From NCBI GenBank assembly GCA_016874735.1, contig VGTI01000010.1:18170-82169 (forward strand): a stretch of 64,000 bases of DNA, written 5' to 3'. Made by a program: the position numbers and the translations under genes. Below are positions 18,943 to 28,953 of the stretch, piece after piece; position 1 is the first letter of the stretch, and each line of letters opens with the position of its first letter. A model generated the notes under the pieces. The model worked only from the letters and a program-made list of their open reading frames with translations. It searched no databases and had not been told where the DNA came from. The stretch is from Deltaproteobacteria bacterium (GTDB lineage: Bacteria; Bdellovibrionota_B; Oligoflexia; Oligoflexales; CAIYRB01).

Positions 18943-19647
18943 ATGACTAAGCAAAAGACAAATTACAAAATGGCAGCCGTAACGGAGGCCGACATTGGTC
19001 CTGTCACTGTCGAGGAATTCCGTTGTGGTACGGAATCTTTCAAACTCATGCGGCCAGCGGTGCCAGAGCGCCTACTCGACCTGGCGGCTGTTGCCGATGC
19101 CTATGCAGACGATGAATATATGCCTTACTGGGCAACATTATGGCCGGTGGCAAAGTACCTTACAGAGGAGGTGCTGAAACATCAGTGGCCAGCTGGCACT
19201 CAAGCGATAGAGCTTGGTTGTGGGCTAGGGTTACCTGGACTCGCGGGTCTGAAGCGCGGATTACAAGTGCTCTTTACTGACTACGATGCAACGGCACTTA
19301 AGTTTGTCGAGGCTAATGCGGCTCTAAATGGATTCACCACCTTAAAGACGGAACTTGTCGACTGGCGTACCCCGCTCGGCCAGACTTTTGAAGTCATCTT
19401 GGCTTCGGACCTTACCTATGAGGCACGTAACGTCGAGCCTTTAGTAGCCAGTTTTGACGCGATGTTGGCGCCTCAGGGTACAGTGCTCGTTGCTGATCAA
19501 AATAGAGCGCATAGCGAGGCCTTTCGCCGCGCACTGAGCAAAAGTGGGTTTGTTTTTGAGATGACGCAGATCGAGGTTGATAAGAGTCGAGGGCGCGACG
19601 TGCCTGGTACGGTGTATCGCATCAAACGTAGCAACCAACCTAAATGA
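18943..19647 (+). CDS. Class I SAM-dependent methyltransferase (Methyltransf_16-like)
   Basis: Motif I is IELGCGLGLPGL, followed by an acidic loop FTDYD. Confidence 0.7.
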   Translation: MTKQKTNYKMAAVTEADIGPVTVEEFRCGTESFKLMRPAVPERLLDLAAVADAYADDEYMPYWATLWPVAKYLTEEVLKHQWPAGTQAIELGCGLGLPGLAGLKRGLQVLFTDYDATALKFVEANAALNGFTTLKTELVDWRTPLGQTFEVILASDLTYEARNVEPLVASFDAMLAPQGTVLVADQNRAHSEAFRRALSKSGFVFEMTQIEVDKSRGRDVPGTVYRIKRSNQPK

Positions 19648-19664
19648 AGCATCGAGTGCCTGAT

Positions 19665-21341
19665 TCAGCCACGCCGCGCGCCAGGCGCTGGACTACCAAA
19701 CGACAACCCCTTGGGGTTACTGGATTCGAGAAAAAGACCCTGCTTGCGGATCGTGAAGAGGTAGGTTGGCCAAGCTGCATGTCGCGTGTCGTCGAACAGG
19801 CGTACATTGCCGGGGAAGCCTACCTGATCAGTCGTTACCTTGGCCATGGCTGTAGCGATCTGGCGGCGGCCGGCCTGTTGGTTGATGGCAGCTCTCGCCA
19901 CCTGCGCACTACGGAACCCGACAAGCTGGAAGTCTATCGAAGCCACGCTTTGTGGATCGACAAAATACTGATTATTCAGCATAGGAGCAGGAATTGACGG
20001 CGGTATTTTGGCATAACTCCCAATAAAATCAGCAAAGATACTGCCGCTTAGGAAGTCATCGTAAGGCTCAATCAATGCTGGTGAACGCCACTCGTGATTG
20101 CCGATCATGGTGAGTCGTTCAACGCGATTATAGCGGAAGATCTTGATGAAATAGCGAATCGTGCGAAAATCGTCCGGAATAAATACGGCATCAAAATCTG
20201 TGATAGGCTTTAGGTAAACCATCTTAGGATTAAATGCCTCGCCGTTCGCCTCGGCCTCTTCTTGAATTTTCTTATAGGTAGCTTTGAATTCTTCTTCACG
20301 CCCCGTCATGCTCATCTTGAAGAGCTTGAAGGCCGCTTCTTGCATGGTTTCGAAGCTACCCTGCGTATAAGGCAGTTCGGTGACTATTTCGCCGCCGGCA
20401 GCTACCATACTTTGTTTGAAGTATTCGACCACTTTATCAGCTTTGCCCGAGGTCGGTTTTAGGATAGCAACACGTTTCAGGCGTCTCTCAGCCATGCCTT
20501 GCACCAAGGCATCAGCAAGGCGCAGTTCATCAGGGTAAACCATGAACGCATAGCGGGATGCCTTCGTGAGGTCACGGTCACGATTTAGAAGGACCACTGG
20601 CAAAAATAACTTGTCGCTCCATTTGGCCAGTATTTCGGCTTCGCTATGGTTGAAGCCGCCAATGACGACTCCCACTTGATCCCTAACGATCAATTCGGCA
20701 AGTCCGCGGATCATGCCTGCCGTGCTGCCACCGCTATCCTTTAGGATGACTTCTTGCTCGAAAGATTTACCGGCATCGCGAAACGACGCACGCATCCCAC
20801 TGATGACGTAGTTGGATAACTTAGCATTTGGACCCGTGAGCGGGAGAATGAGACCGATGCGGCCAGAATGGGTGTTGATAGTGGTTAGGGCGCTCTGCAC
20901 GAGGTCCTGCCTTGCAGGAGCTTGGTCACAAGTCGCGGCCGAAGCAAATGCCAGTTTCTCGCTCGCAATCTTTAAACCCATAAGATTCTGTGACTTCAGA
21001 GCATCGTAGAGCTCTTTATAGGGTGGGGAAAATCTTTGGACTATTTCGCGGCAACGCGCAATTTCAGCTTGGATTCCGTTGGCAGCGGTGTTGGGTGCGG
21101 ATGGAGCAGGCCATTTCTGATCAGCACTAAGCTCCATGCCGGGTATGGTTCCTGTTCCTGGTGCTCCAGGGGGGAGGCCGTACGGACGTTCAATAGCGAT
21201 CTCCGAGCCGCTGGTAGCTGGGCGCCTTGAGGCGGATGCACGGCGTGAACTGGTGATGCAGGCCGTTAGACCCAAGCTGATCGCAACGGCTAAGATGGTG
21301 CGGTACCAAGTTTTAGCATTAGCTCTAGTTTCTAAATACAT
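19665..21341 (-). CDS. LpoA/LppC-like lipoprotein (type I periplasmic-binding-protein fold)
   Basis: I trimmed the start to the ATG at 21341 (MYLETRANAKTWYRTILAVAISLGLTAC, with a lipobox). IGLILPLTGPNAKLSNYVISGMRASF matches the LpoA/LivK-type pattern. The gene overlaps the PBP1A stop by 17 nt. Confidence 0.65.
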   Translation of the reverse strand: MYLETRANAKTWYRTILAVAISLGLTACITSSRRASASRRPATSGSEIAIERPYGLPPGAPGTGTIPGMELSADQKWPAPSAPNTAANGIQAEIARCREIVQRFSPPYKELYDALKSQNLMGLKIASEKLAFASAATCDQAPARQDLVQSALTTINTHSGRIGLILPLTGPNAKLSNYVISGMRASFRDAGKSFEQEVILKDSGGSTAGMIRGLAELIVRDQVGVVIGGFNHSEAEILAKWSDKLFLPVVLLNRDRDLTKASRYAFMVYPDELRLADALVQGMAERRLKRVAILKPTSGKADKVVEYFKQSMVAAGGEIVTELPYTQGSFETMQEAAFKLFKMSMTGREEEFKATYKKIQEEAEANGEAFNPKMVYLKPITDFDAVFIPDDFRTIRYFIKIFRYNRVERLTMIGNHEWRSPALIEPYDDFLSGSIFADFIGSYAKIPPSIPAPMLNNQYFVDPQSVASIDFQLVGFRSAQVARAAINQQAGRRQIATAMAKVTTDQVGFPGNVRLFDDTRHAAWPTYLFTIRKQGLFLESSNPKGLSFGSPAPGARRG

Positions 21342-23418
21342 CGCGATATCCTGCAGCACTTGTTGCCGACAGTGCCTCCAGCGCTGCGCTGGCTGATTCA
21401 GCTGGAGGCTCGTTACCCTTAATGAAGTACATTCTAACACCACTATCCGTGCGGGTCCCGAAATGGGGATTGACTACTGCTGCTACGACATTGTCCGGCG
21501 GACTTATGTAGCTCGGAGGCCTCACTTTAAAGGCACTGGACATGAACTTTTCCCAAATTGGCAGTGCCAATTTGCCGCCTGTAACGTTGCCGGAAATGCG
21601 CACATGCTCGTCTGTGCCGACCCAAACAACGGTAGAAATATTCGACGCATAGCCGCAAAACCAGTTATCCGTGGATTCATTTGAGGTCCCCGTCTTACCC
21701 ACGGCGAAATTGGCTAGGTGCCCGGCGGTAAAACCAGTACCAAACTGCAGTACTGTCCGCATACCCTCAGTCATGAGAAAGGCGATCTGCGGCGTGAGAG
21801 GCGCAGAGCTACGCGCTGCGACTTTAGGTGCAGCGTAGAGCACTTTACCGTCGCGAGTGGTAATTTTCGTAATGGCGATGTGTTCCACTAACCTACCATA
21901 ATTGGCAAAAGTTGCATACATCCTCGATAAATCCATCATCGTTACATCGGAACTCCCGAGCATCGTCCCAAACTCATCTTTGAGCGGTGAGCGAATCCCA
22001 AGCTGCTTGGCGAGCGTAGTCACCGGAGCCAGGCCGATTTTTTGACCGATCTCGATCGTGGGCGTGTTCATCGAACGATAAAATGCACGAAGTAACGTGG
22101 TCTCCTTGCCAAAATCTTCGTCTGGTGTGCGTGGTCGGTAGCTATCTATGGTGATGGGCGACACGAAAATGACGTCACTCCACTTAAATCCTTGCGTCAA
22201 TGCTTCAGCATAGACGACCGGTTTGAAAGCTGATCCCGGCGAACGGAGTGCCTGAGTGGTGCGGTTAAATTTGCTCTGGGAGTAGTTGCGGCCCCCTACC
22301 ATCGCTAGAATTTCGCCGGTTGTGGGATCTACCGATAGTAAAGACGCCTCGAGCCTCGCTTTGCTTGGTGTGCCGTCCTTTAAAGTGACAACCCCGACTT
22401 TCTTCGCCGCGTCGTCAAGGATCTTGCCTGATGAGGCAAGGCCGCGCTCTGCAAGGCGCTGTAGTTCGATATCGAGGGTCGTATGGATCCTCAAACCTTG
22501 TCCGTTTATCGTATTACGGCCCGGAATGAGTTTCTGCGCTTCTTCGCGGACAAAATCGATGAAGTAAGGTGCGAACTCCTCGTTAATTGGATGGTATTCT
22601 TTGTAAATGAGTTGAGCTCTACCAAGCTGATTCATGTCACGCTGGTTAATCATCCGCGCCTGAACCATGGCGCTCAACACCTGGAGTTGCCGCTTTTTTG
22701 CTCGTTCCGGATAACGCGCAGGATTGAACCGACTCGGTGATTGGAACAAACCGGCAATCAGCGCGTATTCGTGCACGTCTAGATCGGCCAAATCTCTGCC
22801 GAAATAACGTTGTGCGGCAGCTCCGACACCGTAGGCTCCGTTGCCTAAAAACATCGTGTTCAAATAAATTTCAAGAATACGCTCTTTGCTCAGGCGTTTT
22901 TCCAGTTGCACAGCAAGTCCGATCTCCTGGATCTTGCGTTGAAGCGACCTTTCATTGGAGAGGAGGAAATTCCGCACAACTTGCTGCGTCAGCGTACTCG
23001 CCCCTTGATGGCTGTTCCCACCCTTAAGGCGCACCATCGTGGCCCGGAGTATCCCCTTGGGATCGAATCCGTGATGCTGCCAGAAGCTTCGGTCTTCAAT
23101 GGCGATGACGGCATCGACCATGCCCTTGGGTATTTTTTTATAGGGAACATGTACGTGATACTTACTGAACAGTTCGCCAATCTTCTCGCCGTTGCGGGCC
23201 AAAATAAGCGTATTATCCTGACCCTTGTACTCGACAATCGTCGAGACTTGATCGTCCTTGATATCGAAAACCTGCAACGTATCTAACCAAAGGTACGTAC
23301 CGACCAATATACCAATAAAAACGGTCGTCGACACAGCGGCAGTGATCCGCATGACGGAGTGCCACAGTCTCGATCTATTTATAAATTGTTTAGTGCGCCA
23401 CGACATTTGGGGGGCCAT
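21325..23418 (-). CDS. mrcA: Class A penicillin-binding protein (PBP1A type; GT51 + transpeptidase)
   Basis: EDRSFWQHHGFD (GT51), SAFK (SxxK), SMN and KTGT are present, with an N-terminal TM anchor. Confidence 0.92.
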   Translation of the reverse strand: MAPQMSWRTKQFINRSRLWHSVMRITAAVSTTVFIGILVGTYLWLDTLQVFDIKDDQVSTIVEYKGQDNTLILARNGEKIGELFSKYHVHVPYKKIPKGMVDAVIAIEDRSFWQHHGFDPKGILRATMVRLKGGNSHQGASTLTQQVVRNFLLSNERSLQRKIQEIGLAVQLEKRLSKERILEIYLNTMFLGNGAYGVGAAAQRYFGRDLADLDVHEYALIAGLFQSPSRFNPARYPERAKKRQLQVLSAMVQARMINQRDMNQLGRAQLIYKEYHPINEEFAPYFIDFVREEAQKLIPGRNTINGQGLRIHTTLDIELQRLAERGLASSGKILDDAAKKVGVVTLKDGTPSKARLEASLLSVDPTTGEILAMVGGRNYSQSKFNRTTQALRSPGSAFKPVVYAEALTQGFKWSDVIFVSPITIDSYRPRTPDEDFGKETTLLRAFYRSMNTPTIEIGQKIGLAPVTTLAKQLGIRSPLKDEFGTMLGSSDVTMMDLSRMYATFANYGRLVEHIAITKITTRDGKVLYAAPKVAARSSAPLTPQIAFLMTEGMRTVLQFGTGFTAGHLANFAVGKTGTSNESTDNWFCGYASNISTVVWVGTDEHVRISGNVTGGKLALPIWEKFMSSAFKVRPPSYISPPDNVVAAVVNPHFGTRTDSGVRMYFIKGNEPPAESASAALEALSATSAAGYRDVFRN

Positions 23419-23816
23419 ATCTCCTGAAATGATTCCGACGTCTTAAACGCGGCCGAGGATGATACTTCTATTTGTATACGCTTCATCGGCAGCCTGCGGC
23501 TCGATCTTGAGTCCTCCCTTGCGCGAGGGGTACCTGCCTGATCTGACGAGGAAATAGCAGCACATGCAGTGCCCGAAATCGATTCCGGAAGTTGCCGGAT
23601 TTTGGTGGGTGGCCAAAGTATGGTCCTTTGGGTGCAGGCTTTTTTTAAATTATATCGGTGTTTTATTGTTTAAAAAAACATTCAGGTAAACTTATATGAA
23701 TTTGTTCCGATAGCCCGGCAACAGCGGCAGTGTAGGAATTGCCGTAGAGAGACGATCAGGCTGACCTAGAGGAGAATGAATCGGTGAACTGGCAGGCGCA
23801 AACAAGTTTCAGAGCC

Positions 23817-24893
23817 ATGCATGTCTTGGTAGTAGACCCTGACACCGCTGGACGCGGCGCTGCTATTACCACTATCAAACAGACCAGACATCCCGGCGGG
23901 ATGCGTATCAGCGTGGCCAGTGGAGTTGCCGAAGCTATGCTAGCTTTCAAACGAGAGCACCCCGATTTGGTGTTTATGCAAGGGTCGGATTTTTTCCATG
24001 CTGGGATGGAAATTATTCGTGCAATCAGAGCAACCGAAGAAACGAGACACACCGGTATCATCTTTGCCAGTACCAAAGATACCGACGATGCCGCGCGCAG
24101 TGTGATCTGCCTCGAGGCTGGGGCAGACGACTATTTGAGGTCGGGCTACACGAGTGCCGAGGTGGTAGCTAGGATCATGAGTGTACTTAGACTGAAATCG
24201 ATGACGGATCGCCTACGCCACGCCAATCATCGGCTCGAGCAACAGTCGTTGACGGACGAATTGACAGGTCTGAGTAACATGCGGGGCTTTGACGGAAAGT
24301 ACAGTGATCTGATGGCGTCATGTCAGATGGGTGCCACCCCTGCTGCAATTATGATGATGGATTTAGATCGCTTCAAATCAGTGAACGATGAAACAAACCA
24401 TCTGGTTGGTAGTTACGTAATCAGTGAAGTTGGCGGACGGCTACGTCAGTCAGGGATATTTAAAGATAAGGATATTTTGGCCAGATTCGGTGGCGATGAA
24501 TTCATTATGGCGCTGACAGCAAATGATTTCGAAGCGGCAAAATTTCAGGCTGAGACAGTCAGAGAGACGTTGAGTAAGCAAACCTTCCATTGCGATGGTT
24601 ACAGCATCAATTTGACCGTTAGTATAGGGTTAGCCTGGGTGGACAAGGGATTTAGAGGTAATCCGCAGGATTTGATTAAAGCAGCCGATTTAATGCTCTA
24701 CCGTAGCAAAAACCTCGGGCGTAATCGTGTCAGTGCCATGGTGCTCACTTACCCTGTCAATCTCGATATGGAGCTTGCGCGCCGTCTTGCGCGCCGTGGC
24801 AGTCAGTGGCGCGACGATGGTGTCATGATGGACGGTGGTCACCAAGACGATATTTCACTACGACCTAGACTCGCTAAAATCGTCGGAGAATGA
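23817..24893 (+). CDS. Diguanylate cyclase with degenerate receiver domain
   Basis: The RFGGDEF active site is intact. The N-terminal CheY-like fold has Gln where the phospho-Asp should be (PDLVFMQG). I prefer the ATG at 23817 over the GTG at 23784. Confidence 0.85.
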   Translation: MHVLVVDPDTAGRGAAITTIKQTRHPGGMRISVASGVAEAMLAFKREHPDLVFMQGSDFFHAGMEIIRAIRATEETRHTGIIFASTKDTDDAARSVICLEAGADDYLRSGYTSAEVVARIMSVLRLKSMTDRLRHANHRLEQQSLTDELTGLSNMRGFDGKYSDLMASCQMGATPAAIMMMDLDRFKSVNDETNHLVGSYVISEVGGRLRQSGIFKDKDILARFGGDEFIMALTANDFEAAKFQAETVRETLSKQTFHCDGYSINLTVSIGLAWVDKGFRGNPQDLIKAADLMLYRSKNLGRNRVSAMVLTYPVNLDMELARRLARRGSQWRDDGVMMDGGHQDDISLRPRLAKIVGE

Positions 24894-24932
24894 TACTAGT
24901 GGGGCCTTGATCGGTTATCTGGAGCGTGGCTC

Positions 24933-25790
24933 ATGCGTATACTTATTGTTGGTTGTGGCTACGTAGGGCGCCGATTGGCTGAACTCCTGGTTGAGGATTC
25001 CGACCATGAGGTTTTTGCCCTATCGCGTTCCGGCGCCGCGAATGTAACGAGGGTGACAGACATAGCTCTGGATTTGGTTGACGGTGATTTGTCCAAGTTA
25101 CCGAGGTCGCTGGACCGAATTTTTTACTGTGCAGCGCCGGATGATGCCAGTGTGGATGCCTACACCAAAATTTATGGGCATGGCTTACAGCGTTTTTTAA
25201 ACCTCATGGAGCGCACTGGGGCTTATGGTTCACGTCTCCTATTGACTTCAAGCACCTCCGTCTACGGGCAGAGCTTGGGCGAAGTCGTCACCGAGGATAC
25301 CCCCACGGATCCTACAAGCCCGACAGCAAGGACCATCGCCCAGGGCGAGTCTTTATTACGGCCGGGGGATACAAGCGTGCGTTTCGGAGGGATTTATGGC
25401 CCAGGTCGGGTCAGTTTTATAAGGGCCGTGCAATCTGGCGCTCTGGTAGTGAATCCTGCATCGAGCGCCTATACAAATCGGATCCACCGCGACGATGCGG
25501 CTAGGGTCCTCAAGTTCTGCTCTGGATTAGAGCACCCACCATCTGTCTTCAACGGCGTAGATACCGAGTCAGCCACACGTGCGACCGTGGCGCAGTGGCT
25601 AGCAGATAGGCTCGGTGTGGCAATTAAGACTATTGATGATACTGAAGAGAGTCACTTTCTACGTGGCAACAAAAGAGTCAGTAGCCAGCGTTTGCTCAGC
25701 TATGGCTACCAATTCATTTACCCAACATTCCGTGAGGGGTATGCAACACTGCTACCAGAGACGTCGGCCGTGGCACCGTCGCTTCCCTAG
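24933..25790 (+). CDS. NAD(P)-dependent epimerase/dehydratase-family (SDR) protein
   Basis: MRILIVGCGYVGRRLA carries a Rossmann GxGxxG motif. The protein is 285 aa. Confidence 0.8.
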   Translation: MRILIVGCGYVGRRLAELLVEDSDHEVFALSRSGAANVTRVTDIALDLVDGDLSKLPRSLDRIFYCAAPDDASVDAYTKIYGHGLQRFLNLMERTGAYGSRLLLTSSTSVYGQSLGEVVTEDTPTDPTSPTARTIAQGESLLRPGDTSVRFGGIYGPGRVSFIRAVQSGALVVNPASSAYTNRIHRDDAARVLKFCSGLEHPPSVFNGVDTESATRATVAQWLADRLGVAIKTIDDTEESHFLRGNKRVSSQRLLSYGYQFIYPTFREGYATLLPETSAVAPSLP

Positions 25791-26332
25791 GTTGCCGCGT
25801 CCGCTGTCTTTTGCGGTACGCGACGGATTTTTTCGACTGAATAACCGTCGCCAGCCAAATCTTCGACGATTGCCTGATAGGACTCGTCGCTCATAGTCGC
25901 CGACCGGGACATGATCCAAATCAGATTTTTACCAGGTACGCTGATCACAGTGGTGCCGTAATCGGGATCAAGTCGGACGATGAGGTAGTCGCTTGATAGC
26001 GGCCATAGGAACTGCATCTTCCAATGGGCGTTGGTGTCCTTGTTGGCGACCCAGCCCTTGGGATTGAGAGTGATGGTCCGGCCAAACCGCTCAAAAGTAA
26101 ATGTAGTGGCGATGGTGCCGTCTTCTTTCAACTCATAGCTTTCAATCTGATTGGATGAATGGTCATCGATCACTAAGGGGGTGTGTCCTTGGACATACCA
26201 AGGGCCCATGAAGCGGTCCAGGTCGACGTACGGCACGGTCATGGCGTCGATTTTGTCTTGAGCCATGGCAGTGGATGTCACGGTGGCAAAACACATAGCG
26301 AGGATCTGACGAATGGCGCGATTGGCGATCAT
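25787..26332 (-). CDS. blc: Bacterial lipocalin (Blc-like)
   Basis: I trimmed the start to the ATG at 26332 (AAGGAG upstream). It has a signal peptide and DRFMGPWYVQ, the lipocalin GxWY motif. The 332-aa ORF-track version overlaps the divergent gene. Confidence 0.8.
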   Translation of the reverse strand: MIANRAIRQILAMCFATVTSTAMAQDKIDAMTVPYVDLDRFMGPWYVQGHTPLVIDDHSSNQIESYELKEDGTIATTFTFERFGRTITLNPKGWVANKDTNAHWKMQFLWPLSSDYLIVRLDPDYGTTVISVPGKNLIWIMSRSATMSDESYQAIVEDLAGDGYSVEKIRRVPQKTADAAT

Positions 26333-26588
26333 GAGGGTGCTCCTTTGTTGTTTGCACCCCCACCGTATACCACGAAAAACGAGCGTTTGTGTCTGGTTGT
26401 ACCAAACAATTATTATTTTGCGGGTCAAAGAAGTTATGCAACACTCTGATAAATATCGAGATATTTGCGGTGACTTAAGTTTTTGGCAATCTAATCCGAC
26501 AAGATAGATGTGGCTCCTGCGGCGCGTCTCCAGAGGAAAGTCCCTGACCGTGCTAGAGCATGAGGTTGGTGTATAAAGGGCTGAATCG

Positions 26589-28301
26589 ATGGTAAATAGC
26601 GGCAAATTCGCAAATGAGTGGCGCGGCCTGATACGGGGCATTGGGGTGTTGGCCCTTGCCGTCTGTAGCACCTTAACTGCCTGTAATAAGGCTAAATTCC
26701 TGTCCCAGACCGCGACCAAGAAAGCCGATTCCAACGGCTCCGCAACTGCAGGTGGTGGTGGAGGAGATAAGGGCGCCGGTGGCACGGACGGCGCGTTCGG
26801 TGCGCCGCCGACCTTTAGTCTCGCCGAGGCGCTCAGTACGTCTCAGAGCGAAAACGCAGCATGGGTGGTGAACTCAGCTGGTATAGGTTACAAGATTTCG
26901 CTCGATGCACAGAAAGATTACCCGATGGTCACATTTTCGGGACTCGGTCCTGGTGGTCACCGTACCTTTGCGACAAAGTACGGTTTGTTCGTTGGGACGA
27001 CGGCGGGCGCAGATGCAACGACTGGAAAAATATACTACGTACCGCGAAACATTACAGAGGGTGGCAAGGCAACCGTAGCAGTCGACCTAAACACCCTGAC
27101 AAGTGACGATGCAATCAGGAAGACTGGGACTGAAGGGCCGCCAGCAACATACGCTAGTCGTATTTGCGTGATCGTTTACACCATTAATGGCATCGATTAC
27201 CTTGGCGCGTCCTATACCGCAGAGAACGGTTACAAACGAAAATTCTACCGAGCACCGATCGATATTACCAAACCTGGTTTAGTAGATACGAGCAAGCAGC
27301 AAATACTGGCTGTCAACGAGGGCGGCGACTGGGGCTACAGCTGTGCCTATGACCCGAAGAGAAACTATTTTTACTCAAAGAGCGTATCGACGGGCGGTGG
27401 CCTGATAGGTGTGGATTTGACGAGTAAGGGCACCACTATGACGGTGGTGTCACCGCCGAACGCGGGTCATAAAATGACCGGACCAGCGAACGCTGCTAAT
27501 GGGTTCAACTTTCAAAAGTTAGGAGAGGCGGGTGGCTCCTATGCCATGGGGATCACTACCAACGGGGATATCGTTAACGACTCGTCAGCTCGCGTCTACA
27601 CCATGGCTCACGAGCCCTTGTCGGGCAACGTGTTTGTGTCGCTCTACACTAGTGGCGTCATACATGTCACTAACGATCGCTGTTTCAAAGACTTACCCAC
27701 ATGCGGCGATGTAGCTTCAACGGTGACTTTGCCGGTAGATGTAGCGACAGGTGTGCCCCAGAAGATAGGACCACTCAGCTCGCTAAACGATGGTCGCGTT
27801 CTGGGTCTGCATCGCGGCACAGCCAACGGCAAATCCGCATTGTACATGTTCAGCATGAAAGAGCCCAAAGACCGGACCAAAGGGATAAACATCACCAAAA
27901 TTAAAGAAGTCGATGGCGACGCATACATGTACACAGACTTCACCGGCTCCATGTCTGCTGCTCGTGAAGAATCACGAACTCTGGATCTCACCAAAGCCTC
28001 TGGGTTTCAAGCTGGGAAAGCCATCAAGTTTCCGCGCCTCAAGTGGAAGGAACTACCGGGGACACCGGCGGTGTGGAAGGGTTTAACGCTGGCTGTGGCG
28101 TGCACCACGAAAGGCACAGCGGAAGTGCCGCTGCAGCCCATCGCAAATGTGCCGGATGCTGGTGTCGACATCGACTTGTCGCAAACCGAAGGTTGTAAAT
28201 CAGGAGCATTCGATGAGGTGCGGATTCAGGTGAAACCTTCGGAGGCCGGTGTTTTAGTGTTTAGCAAGACGCGCGAATTTGTGTTCTCGGGGCAACAATA
28301 A
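26589..28301 (+). CDS. Lipoprotein of unknown function (Gly-rich linker + beta-rich body)
   Basis: It has lipobox TLTAC, then a GGGGGDKGAGG linker, then 500 aa with no recognised motif. Confidence 0.6.
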   Translation: MVNSGKFANEWRGLIRGIGVLALAVCSTLTACNKAKFLSQTATKKADSNGSATAGGGGGDKGAGGTDGAFGAPPTFSLAEALSTSQSENAAWVVNSAGIGYKISLDAQKDYPMVTFSGLGPGGHRTFATKYGLFVGTTAGADATTGKIYYVPRNITEGGKATVAVDLNTLTSDDAIRKTGTEGPPATYASRICVIVYTINGIDYLGASYTAENGYKRKFYRAPIDITKPGLVDTSKQQILAVNEGGDWGYSCAYDPKRNYFYSKSVSTGGGLIGVDLTSKGTTMTVVSPPNAGHKMTGPANAANGFNFQKLGEAGGSYAMGITTNGDIVNDSSARVYTMAHEPLSGNVFVSLYTSGVIHVTNDRCFKDLPTCGDVASTVTLPVDVATGVPQKIGPLSSLNDGRVLGLHRGTANGKSALYMFSMKEPKDRTKGINITKIKEVDGDAYMYTDFTGSMSAAREESRTLDLTKASGFQAGKAIKFPRLKWKELPGTPAVWKGLTLAVACTTKGTAEVPLQPIANVPDAGVDIDLSQTEGCKSGAFDEVRIQVKPSEAGVLVFSKTREFVFSGQQ

Positions 28302-28349
28302 GCAATCCCGATCAAGAACTGAGGCGATTGAAATAACAAAAGGTACCAT

Positions 28350-28883
28350 ATGAGCGAACTGACCTCACAAAATGCACAACCTCCCAAGTCACACAGGACC
28401 ATGAGTTGGTTGACCGTGCTGTGTGTCGTGGCCGGTGCTTTTGCCTGTGGTGGACGTATAGGGAAGATCGATTTCCCCGTCGGTGTCACTGTGGTCGTCT
28501 ATCCCGTTAAAGCAGACGCCGTGAGACCGATGGACGAGACTTATCCCCATGCAACCCTCCAGCTATCAGTCGGAGGGCGTAACCTCTCGTTTGACGAAGA
28601 CTTCGAGCTGGTGCTGCTGGGCCCAGGTGCTGACGGGACGGCTGTGGCTCGCTACAAATCGACTGATTTAGCTGCCGCCGTCAAAGACACCCGATGTGGG
28701 GCAGGGACGGCCACATTGGCAACAGATGTGCGGGCGGTTTTTTGCGGCGCAAGTTTACCGCTGGATAAGGCCACGATCTTCCTTCTCGTCCGTCCAGACG
28801 GTAGTACGGCGATGGCGAGCTCTCCATCAGGGGACGAGCGAGACGAAGACCTTGGGATTCGGCATTTGGCACTCAGTTTTTAA
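28350..28883 (+). CDS. Small lipoprotein of unknown function
   Basis: It has lipobox GAFAC and lies 48 nt downstream of the previous lipoprotein gene. An alternative start is at 28401. Confidence 0.5.
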   Translation: MSELTSQNAQPPKSHRTMSWLTVLCVVAGAFACGGRIGKIDFPVGVTVVVYPVKADAVRPMDETYPHATLQLSVGGRNLSFDEDFELVLLGPGADGTAVARYKSTDLAAAVKDTRCGAGTATLATDVRAVFCGASLPLDKATIFLLVRPDGSTAMASSPSGDERDEDLGIRHLALSF

Positions 28884-28953
28884 CTAGTCTTTGGCGCCGC
28901 GTCGGCGCTAGTATGAGTTGTCGCCCGGAACCCTATGGCGAGGACTCGTAGCT

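Noticed and set aside
23059-23070. A T-loop-like GGGATCGAATCC.
   Set aside because: It lies inside the well-supported PBP1A coding sequence, and no acceptor or anticodon stems surround it. I found no tRNA in the window.
26533-26543. GAGGAAAGTCC, which resembles the universally conserved RNase P RNA motif.
   Set aside because: The match is only 11 nt. The following sequence diverges from GGGCUCC, and the intergenic space (about 250 nt) is too short, with no matching P1-P4 pairings that I could find.
26333-26785. An N-terminal extension of the lipocalin ORF (the 332-aa version), including a PPPP-rich start.
   Set aside because: The lipocalin signal peptide and a strong AAGGAG RBS occur at the internal ATG at 26332. 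The extension overlaps the divergent lipoprotein gene start at 26589.
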